Of a stretch of DNA of 64,000 bases, positions 1 to 13,130 are shown piece by piece. The notes under the pieces are model-generated. The model was not told where the DNA came from. It ran no database searches and saw only the letters and a program-made list of their open reading frames with translations. The translations under genes were made by a program, and so were the position numbers. Source of the stretch: Eremomyces bilateralis CBS 781.70 (lineage: Eukaryota); NCBI GenBank assembly GCA_010015585.1, contig ML975157.1. The stretch is one strand, 5' to 3'. The stretch's first letter is position 1; each line of letters starts with the position of its first letter.

Positions 1-1
1 C

Positions 2-1171
2 CGAACCGTTATTGCATCCAAGCAGTCCGGAAACGAAGACCTGCTCGCCGATTTGGTTGCGGAGGCCGTACTTGCCGTCCTGCCCAAGGATCCCATAAAT
101 TTCAACGTTGACAACGTCCGTGTTGTGAAGATCATGGGAGGGAGTCTCGAACAAAGCAGGGTCGTCAAAGGCATGGTATTCGGTCGTGAACCCGAGGGCA
201 ATGTCAAGAAGGCCAAGAAGGCCAAAGTCGGAGTCTACACTTGTCCTGTTGACATCAGCCAGACCGAGACAAAGGGGACCGTGTTGCTGCACAACTCAAA
301 AGAACTCTTGGATTTCACCAAGGGCGAGGAGACGCAGGTTGAAGCCATTGTCAAGGAGCTCTACGATTCCGGTATTCGCGTCGTTATTGCCGGCTCTACG
401 GTCGGCGAACTTGCGATGCACTACCTGAACCGCTTCGGCATTTTGATCATCAAAATCCTGTCCAAGTTCGAGCTCCGGCGCCTCTGCCGGGTGGTTGGAG
501 CGACCCCGTTGGCCCGTCTTGGGGCCCCCATGCCTGATGAGATGGGGAGCATCGACATTGTCGAAACCCTCGAGATTGGTGGCGATCGGGTGACGGTCTT
601 CCGCCAAGAAAACGACCTGACACGAACCGCTACCCTGATCCTTCGTGGTGCGACCCAAAACCATCTCGACGACGTCGAACGCGCGGTCGATGATGGTGTC
701 AATGTGGTGAAGGCTATCACGAAAGATCCTCGCTTGGTGCCTGGCGCGGGAGCTACAGAAATGCAGCTTGCTGAGAGAATAGGAGCCATTGGCGAGAAAA
801 CTCCGGGACTGGCTCAGTATGCGATCAAAAAGTATGCTGAAGCATTCGAGGTCATTCCACGGACGCTTGCGGAAAGTGCGGGCTTGGATGCTACGGAGGT
901 CCTCAGTCGGTTGTACTCTGCCCACGCCTCCAAGGCCGAGGAGGACGACGAAGACTGGACCGTCGGTGTCGATATCGAGAACGAAGATGGAACGGGAACG
1001 CTTGATGCCGCCGATGAGGGCATCTTGGATTTGCTTGTGGCGAAGAGTTGGGCCATCAAGCTTGCGACCGAGGCCGCGCGGACTGTCTTGAGCGTCGACC
1101 AGATCATCGTCGCCAGACAGGCTGGTGGACCTAAGCCGCCGGGACCCAACGCGAATTGGGATGAGGACTAG
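2..1171 (+). CDS. CCT8: T-complex protein 1 subunit theta (CCT/TRiC chaperonin), 5'-partial
   Basis: Frame is open from the window edge. It contains FNVDNVRVVKIMGGSL, ISQTETKGTVLL, RGATQNHLDDVERAVDDGVN and the CCT8-type C-terminus IIVARQAGGPKPPGPNANWDED. Confidence 0.95.
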   Translation, partial: RTVIASKQSGNEDLLADLVAEAVLAVLPKDPINFNVDNVRVVKIMGGSLEQSRVVKGMVFGREPEGNVKKAKKAKVGVYTCPVDISQTETKGTVLLHNSKELLDFTKGEETQVEAIVKELYDSGIRVVIAGSTVGELAMHYLNRFGILIIKILSKFELRRLCRVVGATPLARLGAPMPDEMGSIDIVETLEIGGDRVTVFRQENDLTRTATLILRGATQNHLDDVERAVDDGVNVVKAITKDPRLVPGAGATEMQLAERIGAIGEKTPGLAQYAIKKYAEAFEVIPRTLAESAGLDATEVLSRLYSAHASKAEEDDEDWTVGVDIENEDGTGTLDAADEGILDLLVAKSWAIKLATEAARTVLSVDQIIVARQAGGPKPPGPNANWDED

Positions 1172-1317
1172 ATTGCAGATATGTTCAAGGCATCATCATA
1201 GAGGCGAAAAGGGCGTATACCCACCAACACACTTGGAGTTTATATGGATTGATAGAGCCAATGTATCATGATTTGAGCATACGTCTGGCACGTGCATTTC
1301 CGCCTTAAGATACTGTC

Positions 1318-2451
1318 TCATCCGAACTTGAACGCTACCCCTTCTTTCTTGACCGTGTTCTTTCCTCCACCTGCGTAACCCGTGCCCTCGCTTCTAATCA
1401 GCACAAGACCCGGTTTTCGACCCTTGTCCTTTTTCCGACCCTTTCCATCTTTCCCCTTCTTGCCTTCCTGCTGCTGGCTACTCAGGTCCGCGTCGCAAAC
1501 GTAGCACCTCAGAAGTCCTCCTGATTCACCATTGTGATCCCAGAGGTCCCGCGCCTCCTTGCCCGTCGGATCTACAAACTTTTCGACGCAGGGCTTGCAC
1601 ACAACATGACCACATGGAATGGCTATCATCGCCTTCGCAGCGTTACTGAGCCGCTTCTTACAGCTCGGACACGATGGCGCCGCCTCTCTATCGTTCGATG
1701 TACCGGATTGTGCTTTATCCCTATCGTCCGTTTGGAAATGGACAGGCGTGAGCGTCTTGAGGGAGAACTCATGTTTGGCGTTCGATGCCGAAGCTGGGCA
1801 TATTGCGTGCCATTTACGATCTTTAGTGTCTGGAGCGGCTTCATGTTCGCCACCTCGCACTCGATCGAGCTCATCCGGCGTCTGTGACGGCACCCAGAAG
1901 CTGGGTAGTTGGCTTTTGGCGTTCTTGGCTCGCTTCTCCGCTCTCATCCCCTCCTGTATCCGATTCTGATCTTCTTTTGCGATCCGCAAGAGCTCCGACT
2001 CATCCAGCTCAAACTTACGCTTGGTTCCTCGGTTTCTCTCCGTCTCTTTCTCCGATCGGCGCTCCTCCGGTTCGCTGCGGGGACCATTCGAACTGCCAAA
2101 GCCTTGCTGTATACGCTCAAACTGTTTTATACTTTCTTCCTGAGCCAGCTTCTCCCGCTCCAGTTCATCATCTTTCCTTTGCTCCACGTCGCGCTCCCTC
2201 CCCTTCTCCAATCGATCCTTCTCTTTGCGCTGTGCAAGTAGATTGGTGATCGCGCATTCGCGACAGAACAGGTCACCGGAGGGGCACGCGACCGGGTCTC
2301 GGAGAGCGTTCAGGCATAGCCGGCAGAAATGGAGAGGGAGGAAAGATTCGCGTGTGAGTTGAGTGGTTTTGGTCCCCCATTGAGCCTTCAGTAACGCCCG
2401 CTCGTGGGCCGTGGAGAATGGGAGCGTCGTGTTCCGCTTGCTGTGAGCCAT
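1318..2451 (-). CDS. NOSIP-like RING/zinc-finger protein
   Basis: N-terminal MAHSKRNT...[21 protein letters not shown]...[28 protein letters not shown], a C-terminal RING (CPSC...[10 protein letters not shown]...CYVC) and EGTGYAGGG. Confidence 0.85.
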   Translation of the reverse strand: MAHSKRNTTLPFSTAHERALLKAQWGTKTTQLTRESFLPLHFCRLCLNALRDPVACPSGDLFCRECAITNLLAQRKEKDRLEKGRERDVEQRKDDELEREKLAQEESIKQFERIQQGFGSSNGPRSEPEERRSEKETERNRGTKRKFELDESELLRIAKEDQNRIQEGMRAEKRAKNAKSQLPSFWVPSQTPDELDRVRGGEHEAAPDTKDRKWHAICPASASNAKHEFSLKTLTPVHFQTDDRDKAQSGTSNDREAAPSCPSCKKRLSNAAKAMIAIPCGHVVCKPCVEKFVDPTGKEARDLWDHNGESGGLLRCYVCDADLSSQQQEGKKGKDGKGRKKDKGRKPGLVLIRSEGTGYAGGGKNTVKKEGVAFKFG

Positions 2452-2882
2452 GGTTCAGGAAATGCAGAAGGGGGTTGGCGGATGCCTGATCTTGGGTTCG
2501 GTATATCGCAGGTGGTCAAGATAGCTGGAGCCTTTGTGTAATAAACAAGATTATGGTGGGAATATTTGAACTCTCTCTAAGTTGAGAAACCGACAGTTGA
2601 AACTTTGATGTACACAGGCTAAAACCCAAAGGCCATCGCGGATTCGCGGTCGGCCGATAAACGACGACGGGTAGACTAGACCTAATTGAGCTTAGCTACA
2701 ACGACCCACATTCAACATCACTTCATCGGAACTCTCTTTTCGACTATTATATTTACAATGGTTAACACTATGTTCGATAGTGTTTATCAATAATTGGACG
2801 TATTGAGCATTTGGTACGGCCGAGTTACCTCTGAACAACAATTTATGTCCGGTCGGGTCGACCATCACAACTTTTCGACTCA

Positions 2883-3458
2883 ATGATGGCAGCGTATATG
2901 CGCCACCAGGCCTTCCGGTCCATAAGAGCTAGGATTGTCCCACGGAGCAGTTACAGCGTGCTGCATTTGCGTGAATACAGCGGCAATGAATACGATGTCA
3001 TTGATAAGGCACTGGGGGAGCCCTCGTGGTCGGCCCAAGACCTGCTATCCTCTGGAGTTTCAACCACGGCGGATGAGATAACTCCCACTCAACTCCGGAA
3101 ACTGCTTCGCCTTTCCGCCCTGCCTCCACCAAAAGACCAAGACGAAGAGTCCAGGCTTCTTGGCACTTTAGCTTCACAGCTGCACTTTGTCCAAGCAATC
3201 CGGAACGTGGACACTATCGGCGTACGTCCGCTACGGTCACTGCGCGACGAATCCGATGAAGCAGGGGCAGCTGCCGAGATCACAAAAGACTCATTGCAAG
3301 AGAACTTCGATAGCGAAGAGAGGATTGGCAAACACTATGTCCGGATCCGACGACGACCCTCAACCTTAGCCGAAACGAAAGAAGCAGAGGATTGGGACCC
3401 CCTGCAGTGCGCGACACGCAAGTCGAACCGATTCTTCGTTGTCAATGGAGCTAAATAG
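2883..3458 (+). CDS. mitochondrial Glu-tRNA(Gln) amidotransferase subunit C/F-like protein
   Basis: Arg/Ser-rich presequence-like N-terminus. Motifs PSWS, LRKLLRLSALP, LASQLHFVQAIRNVDTIGVRPLRSLRDE and a terminal FFVV are typical of fungal GatC-like proteins. Confidence 0.75.
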   Translation: MMAAYMRHQAFRSIRARIVPRSSYSVLHLREYSGNEYDVIDKALGEPSWSAQDLLSSGVSTTADEITPTQLRKLLRLSALPPPKDQDEESRLLGTLASQLHFVQAIRNVDTIGVRPLRSLRDESDEAGAAAEITKDSLQENFDSEERIGKHYVRIRRRPSTLAETKEAEDWDPLQCATRKSNRFFVVNGAK

Positions 3459-3743
3459 TGAACATTCTGCAGCTGCTCTAGACTGACAGACTCAACTCAA
3501 AAGGAGCATGCTATCGTTACATTACATCATGGGGGAATCTCTGATCCTTAACGCCTCCGTCTAAAAACGCCAAAAGAACAAATCATCATCCGGAGCGAGG
3601 GGGACTTTTCATAACAGCCGCCCTCATTCCCGAGTCATCATCGCCAGCCACAAAAGCTCCAACTCATATTTCCCGCTTTCCATTTCCGTCATCCGTCACG
3701 TGACTGACAACTCAGCCACTTCACGAAAACTGGTACGCAACTG

Positions 3744-4385
3744 TCAAGCGTATTTTCGCTGGCATAGAAGATGGTCATCTTCGACGGAATATCTACTTGT
3801 GTAGCAGTTGCACAAGTCGTGTCGCTGTGTTCGTTGGTTGTCGAAGTCTGGAGTGGGCAGCCTCTGAATCCTTGGCGTTGGCGGCACCTCCAATCTCTGA
3901 ATCGGCGACACGTCAAACCCTTCTAAGATTTCAGCACTGTCAGCCGAACCATTTTGGTCGTTACCCTGCACGATGACAGGCTTCGGCACGGGTTTTGCCG
4001 ACCATCGACTGTCTCGTGGAAGCCTTCGCTTCGACGGCGTCTTGGCAACAGCGACGTTGTGGCATTGCCAGTGGGCAGTATCATCTTTCTCATCTGGGAA
4101 CAGCACCTCATCATGGTGTAGCCAGTGACGACGCTCACATTGTCGAATGGATTCGATAACGCGGATTATATCGCCGTCTTGTACTTCAAGACGGCGATAC
4201 TGGCTAGCATAATCGTACTTCGACCCAACCGATGAATATGGGTCCGACAGCGATGTGCGAGTGGTTGTGTTGAAGGAATGTGATATGGTTGATAAGGACG
4301 GTGAAGAGGTGGAACAAGACGATGAGGTGTTGGCTTGCTCCTCTCCAAGACAGCGACGGTGGGGGGTAGTGGATGGCTCAGCCAT
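3744..4385 (-). CDS. hypothetical protein
   Basis: Long open frame, likely starting at ATG 4385 (MAEPSTTP...). Ser/Thr-rich, with a PPTPRIQRLPTPDF segment. No recognisable domain. Confidence 0.4.
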   Translation of the reverse strand: MAEPSTTPHRRCLGEEQANTSSSCSTSSPSLSTISHSFNTTTRTSLSDPYSSVGSKYDYASQYRRLEVQDGDIIRVIESIRQCERRHWLHHDEVLFPDEKDDTAHWQCHNVAVAKTPSKRRLPRDSRWSAKPVPKPVIVQGNDQNGSADSAEILEGFDVSPIQRLEVPPTPRIQRLPTPDFDNQRTQRHDLCNCYTSRYSVEDDHLLCQRKYA

Positions 4386-5584
4386 GACTGCACGTGATGC
4401 TTGGGACCCCTGAAGGTTCGAATGGCCTCCAAATGTTCGGAGACTTAGATGCACGAACAAGTTGATATTTCATGGGAGAGAAATTAAGAGGAAAGAAGGA
4501 GAAACCAGAAGGATGGAGGGATGTCGGAGTGGGGGGCTTTGCTCTTATAATGGGACGGAGGCCGCGATGGCTTGGCGGCGCGCTAACCTGATTCGTGCGG
4601 TACAGGGGTCTGCACAGGTTATCAGCTTGGGACTCATTCGTATATGCAGTTGACTACAGGGCGACTGGATTGGGATACCTCACCTTTCCCCGTATGGAGC
4701 ATCGTTAGTTCATTATTTCCTGGACATGTAGCTCTCGGACAGGTGTATATGGCTCGTGGTGTTGACATGGATACGGGGGACCACCTGACGTCTAGGCAAA
4801 TGTACCACGCCAAGTCTTTGAAATCACGTACATAGTATATATTGAAGTATTTCGGGGTGTTTTCGCCGAAGAAGTTGTGCTTCTCGATGATCTGTGAATA
4901 CGCATTGTAGATTGGGGGAAGGAGAGCCAGGACGCCAGGACTGCTTGGACAGTGCCTCAACCCAGTGTAGGCGGCTGATATGCGGCACGAGTCTCTGCTC
5001 TCTACCGAATGCCAGTATATGAATCGAAGCTTTTGACTCCCTCTGTTCACACGACCCACAGACCACTTATTTGGATGGTCGGGCGTTGCAAAGATGAGGT
5101 TACTGAAATACGCCGAGGGTCATGAATGGGCCTCAGGAGAGCACAGCGTGGCTAGGAGTATTCTTGCATGATAATATTGCCTCCTTAGGTACTTGACGTG
5201 TGCGATCTGACGAAACCTGTAAATTTAATCACAGAGGCTTCAGGTTCGCCAATCAGTATAAAGCAGGTTCTGTCCCTACTTAGAGTCTGGAAACATAGTC
5301 TTCTGGTCGTAATGAATGCTCCGCTGATACGCTGCGCAATGATTGTCACAAATACATGGATAAAATTATAAAATCAAAAGCTGCATTACATCACTAAATG
5401 AAACGTTGCTAAAGAGCCTGAAGCGACTGTCCATAGAAGAACTTCATGAAGCCCACTCACTAGCTATGGCTCCATCTGCAGTGTTCTGAAGACGTATCTC
5501 TGTATATGATAACTGAACCTCGCACAACATCATGCCTGTCCAATAATTAAAAAAAGAAAAGAATGTTACAGTAGCAACCAAGCA

Positions 5585-6788
5585 TTACTTGGCAAAATGA
5601 GTTCCAAAAAACTTCTCCACTGTCATCAGCTCCGCGTCACTTCCAATCTTGCCTTGAGCTTCAGTCGCAATCCTCTTCAAGGTCGCTGCGGTGTGGGTTT
5701 CAGTTGGCTCGCCGAAGTACAGCCCGCCAGAGATCTGGCAATAGCCGAACATGTGCCGGATAGTCTCTAGCGACTTCACTCCGAAAGTTGGCAAGTCTTT
5801 CCACGATGGCAGCGGAACATAGCGGGACTTGGTCCCAGTCACTGGATTACAGGTTAGTCAAGATCGGTAAGGGGCGTTGGGTTAACATACCCTTCTCGAA
5901 GTCGGACGCAACCTTGTCAAAGGATGCTGCCTCACTGACTCCTTGGATTGTTTTCCCGTTCCATGCCTTAGGGTCAAGGAACATGCCATGGACGATATCA
6001 CCATAGTCGTCCATCATGCCAATGAAGGGAACATCCTCCTTGCCACCCCACTTCGGGCAAACCAAGGACATGTAACCTTCGTTGTCGGCATTCAATGGAA
6101 AACCGCCTAGAACTGGAGCCAAGTCTGGGACGAGGAAATTCTCCAGATACCAGCCTGCATCAACGATGGTGACATAGTCAAATTTGCCAGAGGTCAGGGC
6201 ATAGGTCCCCACTTGGTTCTTGTCTGAAAGCTGTTAGAATGAGCTGATACTACAGGATGCATCGAAGCTGACTTTCGAAGGTGGGTATCATAAGTTCGCC
6301 GTTGGTCAAAGCAGACGGAGATGCGCCGGAGCTGTAGATAAAATGCTTGACACCAGCATCGGCAGCCGTATCGACAAGAAGCTTCCCCAAGTCCAACTCA
6401 GTAGGATTCTTAGGGTCATCAAACGCCTTAGAGAAATCAGTGGCCGGTCCCGTTCTCTTGCCGAGAGGACTTACTGGGTCATCCGAGTTAGTGTTCACGA
6501 AGACACCATAGCTTCCCTTGAAAGCCGCCAACATCTCATCCTTGTTGAAGCCATTTCCCTTGACCACTTCGACGCCGGCAGACGCGAGCTGCTTCGCTGC
6601 ATCAGAGTTGGGGTTTCGGGTGATGCCCCGGACTTTGAAAGCGCCGCTCTTGTTTTGAAGAATGGACTTGACGACGGAACCTCCTTGCGCTCCTGATCAG
6701 ATGATCAGTGTTAGTGATCTCTGGATGAAGTAACTCGACATTGATACGCACCCGTGGAGCCGAACACTGTGATGAGTTTGGAAGACAT
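5585..6788 (-). CDS. NmrA-like NAD(P)-binding Rossmann-fold protein (multi-exon)
   Basis: Spliced model MSSKLITVFGSTG|AQGGSVV...FKVRGITRNPNS...GVEVVKG...SYGVFVNTNS...GVKHFIYSS...AGWYLENF. The first intron starts GTGCGT at 6751. Further introns lie near 6470-6430, 6270-6225 and 5895-5845. Confidence 0.85.
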
Positions 6789-8106
6789 TTCTGAAGAGGG
6801 TGGGTAGATAAAGGAAGACGGCAAGTGTTATATTAGAAAGATTGGACTCTTTTGGCTATTGCTGAGAGACTGATGAGAACAGATGATGTTATATCAATGC
6901 TGAAGGGGATGGCACGGCCATCTTTATATACTTGACAGGAGGCAGTATATCTGAATGAGCACATACGAGAGAGTAAACAACACCTGCGACATATTATTGC
7001 CAAGTCATGAGCTAAACACCTATTGCATACATTGCGCGGCCTGACCACACCATTCCTTTGAATACGAAGCGATATTTTGACTCGCCGTCGACTCTCCAGC
7101 TAGATGTGAGAGAGGACATTGTAACTTCCTGCAGGTTAGCGATACGCCAAGTCTAATACGACGCAAAACGAAGCTTATCTGACAAATTCCTTATGAAGAG
7201 TGAGCCAGGACAGAGATGCTTGCCCTTCCGGTGTTATCATTACCACCCTCTCAGCTAATCGCTACATTAATCGCAGTCCGAAGCTAGAAATGGTTGGACT
7301 CCAGGGCCAAGAATGCAAGAACCGGCACGAACGAATAAGATCCATATGAGGCCATAGACCGCGGGGGGTCCGTGAGGAAATCCTCGTCTTCTCTGCGTAA
7401 TGCTTCAGAAAATGAAGACGATGCATATTATTCCGTATACTCCTTTACTCCGTATATGCTTGGCGATGATGTTGGAGGCTGAAATTCTGGAAAAGATCAG
7501 TAATCTCACTGCCTGACAAGGATTCCCCCAGAGATCCGTGCGCGCCATATCCCTGACTCGTAATTACAGCGTATCATTACATCGTGGAGTTGACCTCGTA
7601 ACCAAACCCACACTAGCAATTCCCTCATACGAATTGCTTCGATGCTCTGGACCAAAGTCGCCGTTAGCTGTTCAGTAATCCGAATGAATAATATCTAGGC
7701 AGCAATGGTTTGGTCTTAGATGAGCCTTCTCACCTCTTATCAGCCACACTGAAGTTTTCGGATCTTCGACGCGTCTTTCAGTGCTGCCAGCAAAGAGACC
7801 GAGCGAATCTAAACCCGAATGACGCGTTTTATTCTTTCAAAGGTGTCGTCAATGGCTTCCCAATCCGAGTAATAAACATAGGAGCATGGTTTTGGGGCCG
7901 CTACACGTTCGATCTCTGGCAGCAGGGTGTGAATTCATTCCCATTACGCGGAGCCGAGACCCCTTGTACATGAACAAATTCGCTGGTTTGGCGACAATCG
8001 CCTTCAATCGTGGACATAAATGAGATAGCCCCTCATTGGTTGGAATTGCGGCGGTATCGGCGAACCCTTCGATAGGCGAGATGATCAAGGTTCGGTCTTC
8101 CCACAT

Positions 8107-9728
8107 ATGCCGTCCGTTATGGCCTCAGTACTGAATGGTAGTTTAGGGTACGGTAGGGGGACATGTCTCCTCATTGAGGGATGTCAATCGACCATCACGC
8201 AAGGTATGATACACCATAATCTTCTTTATTCATATCGCCCTAGCCCCTTGGAAGTTCAACTATCGCAGCGTTGATACACAAGCGGCTGACGCTTAGACGA
8301 AGAGAAGGCGTCGATACCCATCTACCTCCAATCGTGGTCCAAATCTGGAGACCTCCGGCGTGCAAAGTTATGACAAGGAATCGGGTACTGTGTACTACGA
8401 GACCGAAATCCTCGCCCCTACAACGATGAATGGAATGGAATCATGGATAGATGAGTCCTGGGGGAGCCGCTATGGTTCGCTCTATGCGAAACCAGCGCAT
8501 AAAACCGGGGTAAATACGTTATCTGCCTTGGCAGCGAACTGCCTGGCGGCCAATTTACGTTACCTGGATCTCGAAGTTCTCCAAGCCATGCCGGAACACC
8601 TTGTGCGGACCGTATGGGAGTGTGCGACCAAAAGGTAAGCTTCGTTTTGGCAGCTTGGATACGTTCCACCATGTCCATTGGGAACTGATCTTGTGCCTTT
8701 ACAGCGATAGCGACTCTCTTCGAACATGGGCCTTATTCATCAGCGCCTATGGCAGCTTCGATGGTATCTCAAGGACTAGAGCCGAGAAACTTGATCGTTC
8801 TATCGACTTACGTTTGGTATTGAGCGGAATATGTCGCATCCTCACAGATGTTTCAACTGCTCCAGAGGCAACGATATTCAAAGCAGCCTCCCGGCCATCA
8901 TGCCAATCTCCGATGGTCTTAGCTAGCCTGGCACCAATTACAGGCTTTCCTTTTATGACATTCCTGGACCTTAAGCTCCGATCCACACTCCCCCATGGAA
9001 CGAGTGAGACCATCCAAGCACTGGCAAAATTGCCGAACCTGTTGGTTCTTAGAATCCGTAGCGGCCATAGACTGATCGACGACCGTGTCCTCACAGGTTG
9101 GGCAAGATCCTCTCAAGAATCACGCGGTTTTCCATCACTGCGAGTCTTCTTGTTACAGAGTCCCTACAGCGTGACCTCACTTGGCCTCACAAATCTCCAG
9201 TTGCTGCCAAAACTGATCGGCCTGTACCTATATTACCAGACATGGGACGAGCCACCAGTGAGCGCTGCCGCGACCAAGAACATCTGGGTGCCGGTACATA
9301 AGGAAGACTACTCCCAATTCCTCCCACCTCACTCATCCCAGAGGAACCGTGACCTCAGGTGGAGGGAAGACACGCTGTCCGAGGAGTTGGTTGCATTTGC
9401 AAGATGCGCCATGGACATGAACCGAGACGTCTTGCAAGCGGAGGAGGACTGGGCACGCGACTTCGACAAAGCGATGGCGGTGGTGAAATGGAACGATAAA
9501 TCGTTAGAGGGTTTCCGATCCGAGCTCGGATATAGGGGAGGGGAAAGATATTTGAGCTTAACCCTTGGGGACTGGTATGTGCGAAAATTCGACGCGCGAA
9601 GGAATGAAGGATCAGTCATACATGGGATTGTTCCTGAGAGGAATCCTCATGGCGACTCGTTGCGGAAACGACCGAAACTGCGTCAAGGAAAGCAGCCGAT
9701 GGATGTCGAGGAATTTTTGGGCGCGTAA
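8107..9728 (+). CDS. fungal hypothetical protein with a leucine-rich (LRR-like) central region
   Basis: In-phase spliced model: ATG 8107, intron 8204-8296 (GTATGA..GCTGAC..TAG), intron ~8635-8704 (GTAAGC..CAG), stop 9728. Contains LAKLPNLLVLRI, FPSLRVFLL and LQLLPKLIGLYL, with a basic C-terminus RKRPKLRQGKQ. Confidence 0.65.
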
Positions 9729-11842
9729 GGTGTGGTGGTTACCATATTCCCAGTGTATCATATAATCGTATCGACCTCGGCGGTTCATCATTCGGGTTCC
9801 TAATGGCAAGGCTGTGTGATCGTGTCCAACCTCCAACGTCCACGTTCGAGCAAGCCGACGATCGGGAATCCGTTAACTGAAACGCTTCTTAACTGCACAG
9901 ATCTCCTGGCCAGGAAAATGACGTTTTAGCTTAATGACATGTGATCCCGACCAAGTCCTGTGGCGCAATTGAAATGACCTGAAGGCCTGGATCAAAGCCT
10001 GGATCAAGATCTGTCACCATCGAAGGCTTTCATCAATGATGTATTCTTGAGGAATCCTCTTATCCCGGATATAGATCCCTGATATGACATCCTCTCGGCA
10101 TACCACGGCTCCCTCAGTCTCCATCACCAATCACCATCGGATTAGGGCTTGAGCCTCCACAGACCCTTTCCCAGCATCACCCAGGCTATCCGAGTGGACA
10201 AGGAAAGGGTTGGGCTCCAGCGACGGATGATTGGACGGATAGCCGGCGTCAGATGCAAGAGGCTGCCCCAACTGCAGGGCTAACGCGTGGCAGACGCGAG
10301 ATCGACTTGGTCATGTCATAACCTCACAATAAGCGAAAGCCGAACCTTGAGTCCTTGTCGGCTAGGTTTTTCCCGGATTGAGCATCGTTTAACTTTCCTT
10401 TTTTCTTTCCTTTTGGATTTGGATTTGGGTGTGACTTGTCAGCTCGTCGTGCCCGATGCCGTTCCCACAACCCGTCCGCCCGTCCGCTGATGGTCAAATG
10501 GCTTGGAACGGTAGGCCAGCTGAATGGCTGAAGCAATGGTTGATGGAGCGATGCCCTGGTAGCCTATCCCGGCCAGGTTGACGACCGAGGATGACTGACC
10601 GGTGCCAACTCACGAGCTCGTCGGCATCTTGTCTGAGGACTACGAGAGCAATCGGAGAGGAGACCCTGCGGTGGAACGGTCGAAAGCCATCGACCATCTC
10701 GCGAGGAGGGGTGGGATCAGACAAGGAGCACTGGATGCGGTGGAACGGGGGTTTCGTACTTTGCCTTGCTTTGCGGTTGTGTATAGGTCGGCTGGATACA
10801 TGGTCCATGGACATCACGATGCCAAGTCGAGGGAGTTTGGTACTTTGCCATGATATACCGTAGGGGATTCGATGGCTGTATCTGAATCTCCACGGGTGTT
10901 CGTTTATTCTCAAGAGCAGCCGAAATCGTAGCTGAGCGATCGCTCCAAACTTTCAGCGTCTTGGCGCGAGCTTCGGAGTAGATGCTATGGTATCCAAACG
11001 CTCAGCCGTGTCAACCCAACCACAGTTCGTCAGTTCTCTACGTGTGTTGCAACTTGAGGTAAGCTCTTGGTCCAGGTTCAGCAGGTTGGCATAAAACAGG
11101 CTAGTAGTCAAGGGGTCCACAGTACGCGCAAAACCGCACAAAACTTGATCGGGGATAACTGGAACGGAAGTCTCAAGAGTCACGATCACTAAGGCAAGGG
11201 AACCCGATACACCCGACTGCCAGCCATTAGCCAGCCACTCGCCTTGCTCCACAAACCACAGACTAGGCTCCCTGTAGGTCTGCACGCATCACCGATCTAC
11301 CTCACTAAGCGCACACAGACAACAGACATGAGACAACTGTAGACGAAGGTGACAGATACGCTCTAATAGTTAGGGAGAGGAGGGAACTAGGAACACTAGG
11401 ATTCTGGGCGACGCTACCGAAGGCCTGCCCACAGCCCAACCGGCGAGTGTGTTCCCGGTGGTCGACCAGGACTTAAGCTCCCATAGTTTTGCAGGTTGGT
11501 TGGTACGTACAGTGCCTAGTAAGGACCAATTCTGTGCGTTCTGTCCGTTTCCCTCTTCCACCTTTTCCAGCCTTTCCCACTCTTCCTCCCACACAAGGCC
11601 ACAACCCATCCGATCCATCGTCAAATCCCTCTGCTCTTTTAAATCCTCCGTCTTTCCCTTCCCTCTTCATCGCTTTCCGGTTCCCACTCTCGCGCACTTG
11701 CTCTCTCACATCGCATTCCGTCTTGACTTTGTAGCGGGTGTTGCTTGCTTTCTGGATTTCCCCTCGGGCTTTCCTACATCATACCTACCTGCTTCCGCTC
11801 GGTGCTCCGAATCTACTACTTGCCTTCGTCATCAGGGTTAAG

Positions 11843-13005
11843 GTACGTGACATCCCACTTTCTTTGATGCTTTCCCCATGTGCCTGGCCCAGCGCGCACC
11901 ACGCCCGACTTCAATATTCCCATTCATTCCGATGCGCCATGCCGTCCAGCCGAAGACAGACAACACGGCCGTCGACCCGATACACCACCGTAACCGATCA
12001 TGACTTGACGCCATGCCATCGTGCTCTCTTGTTGGTCGTCCTAGTACTTCCGCTTGAGACGCGTGTGCGCGTGGAGCCATGTGGGAGCAGAGGCCGAGCA
12101 GAGAGAGCTCTCACATTGATTTTCGCGCTTCGGCGCAACTCTCGGCGCAGAGTCCAAAATCACCACCAAAATCCATCACCAAAACATCATGTCTCCGCAT
12201 CCGCACCGCGCCGCTGGGCCTTGCAGCAGAACCACAACCGCGCAACGGTGCGCTCAGCGAGCATCTGGTTCCACGATCCCCCAGGACCCTACCCAACTCC
12301 CATCAACCTCCATGTGAAATCCACCATTACCCTGAACATGTGATTTGCGACATTGTTGTTGTTGTTGTTATCCGTGTGTTCTCGTGAATTTACCCCGCTG
12401 ACCTGTGGCTTGTTTTCGGAAAATTTTAGGTTGAACGAGTGCTACTGGTACTTCACATCCACAAACTCTCGCTCTTCAAACAAACTCCCGCTCATCACCG
12501 ATTCTGAAACGCAGATCCTTCTCTCTCCATCTTTCGCTCTCACTCTCACGAAGTCTACGACCGTGTGCAATCCCGGAGTTCCGTCATCGGCAATTTTCCC
12601 TTCACTTCCTGGATCGAATCGGTCTTGAAACCAGCGAATATTTCTTCCTTGCAGAACTCCCTCGACGGTGTCTTTCTTGCGCGCCTGCCCTTCGGTCCTT
12701 TCACTGGAGTCTGTCGTGCAAAGAGCCATTGCGAACCAGCGATTTTCGGTCCTACTACTGCATCGAATTCACTTTCTCAAGGAGGAATCCTCGGCCACGT
12801 GCGCTTGTTATCATCGTAGCCTATCTACGTCGGTGCCTGTCGGTTTAAAAGTGAGTGCCCCCCAATCCATCACCCTTTGTTCCATTCACCTCCACATCCC
12901 CAACTGAATATTTTACTTCCGTTCGACATTCTTCCCCGGTTCCTGATTTCCAATATTTTCTCTTTGTGCGCCTCTACTAACTGCATCTTCCTCTCCGCAT
13001 CACAG
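11843..13005 (+). other. two predicted 5'-UTR introns (11843-12429 and 12851-13005) of the NAM8-like gene
   Basis: Canonical donors AAG|GTACGT and AA|GTGAGT. Acceptors GCTGAC...TTTTAG and ACTAAC...CACAG. I found no ATG in the predicted exonic leader segments. Confidence 0.6.
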
Positions 13006-13130
13006 ACACCAGCAATCAGTCATTGACTTTGCGCATCTGCTCCGCTTCTGACAATAGAATTCCACTTCTTTTGTCATTCAGCCCTCGCGTCCCATCATCC
13101 AATCGCTCTTCACCATCGAATATCCCTACT

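Noticed and set aside
4634..5059. 141-aa minus-strand ORF
   Set aside because: Non-ATG start, and no recognisable motif or splice support.
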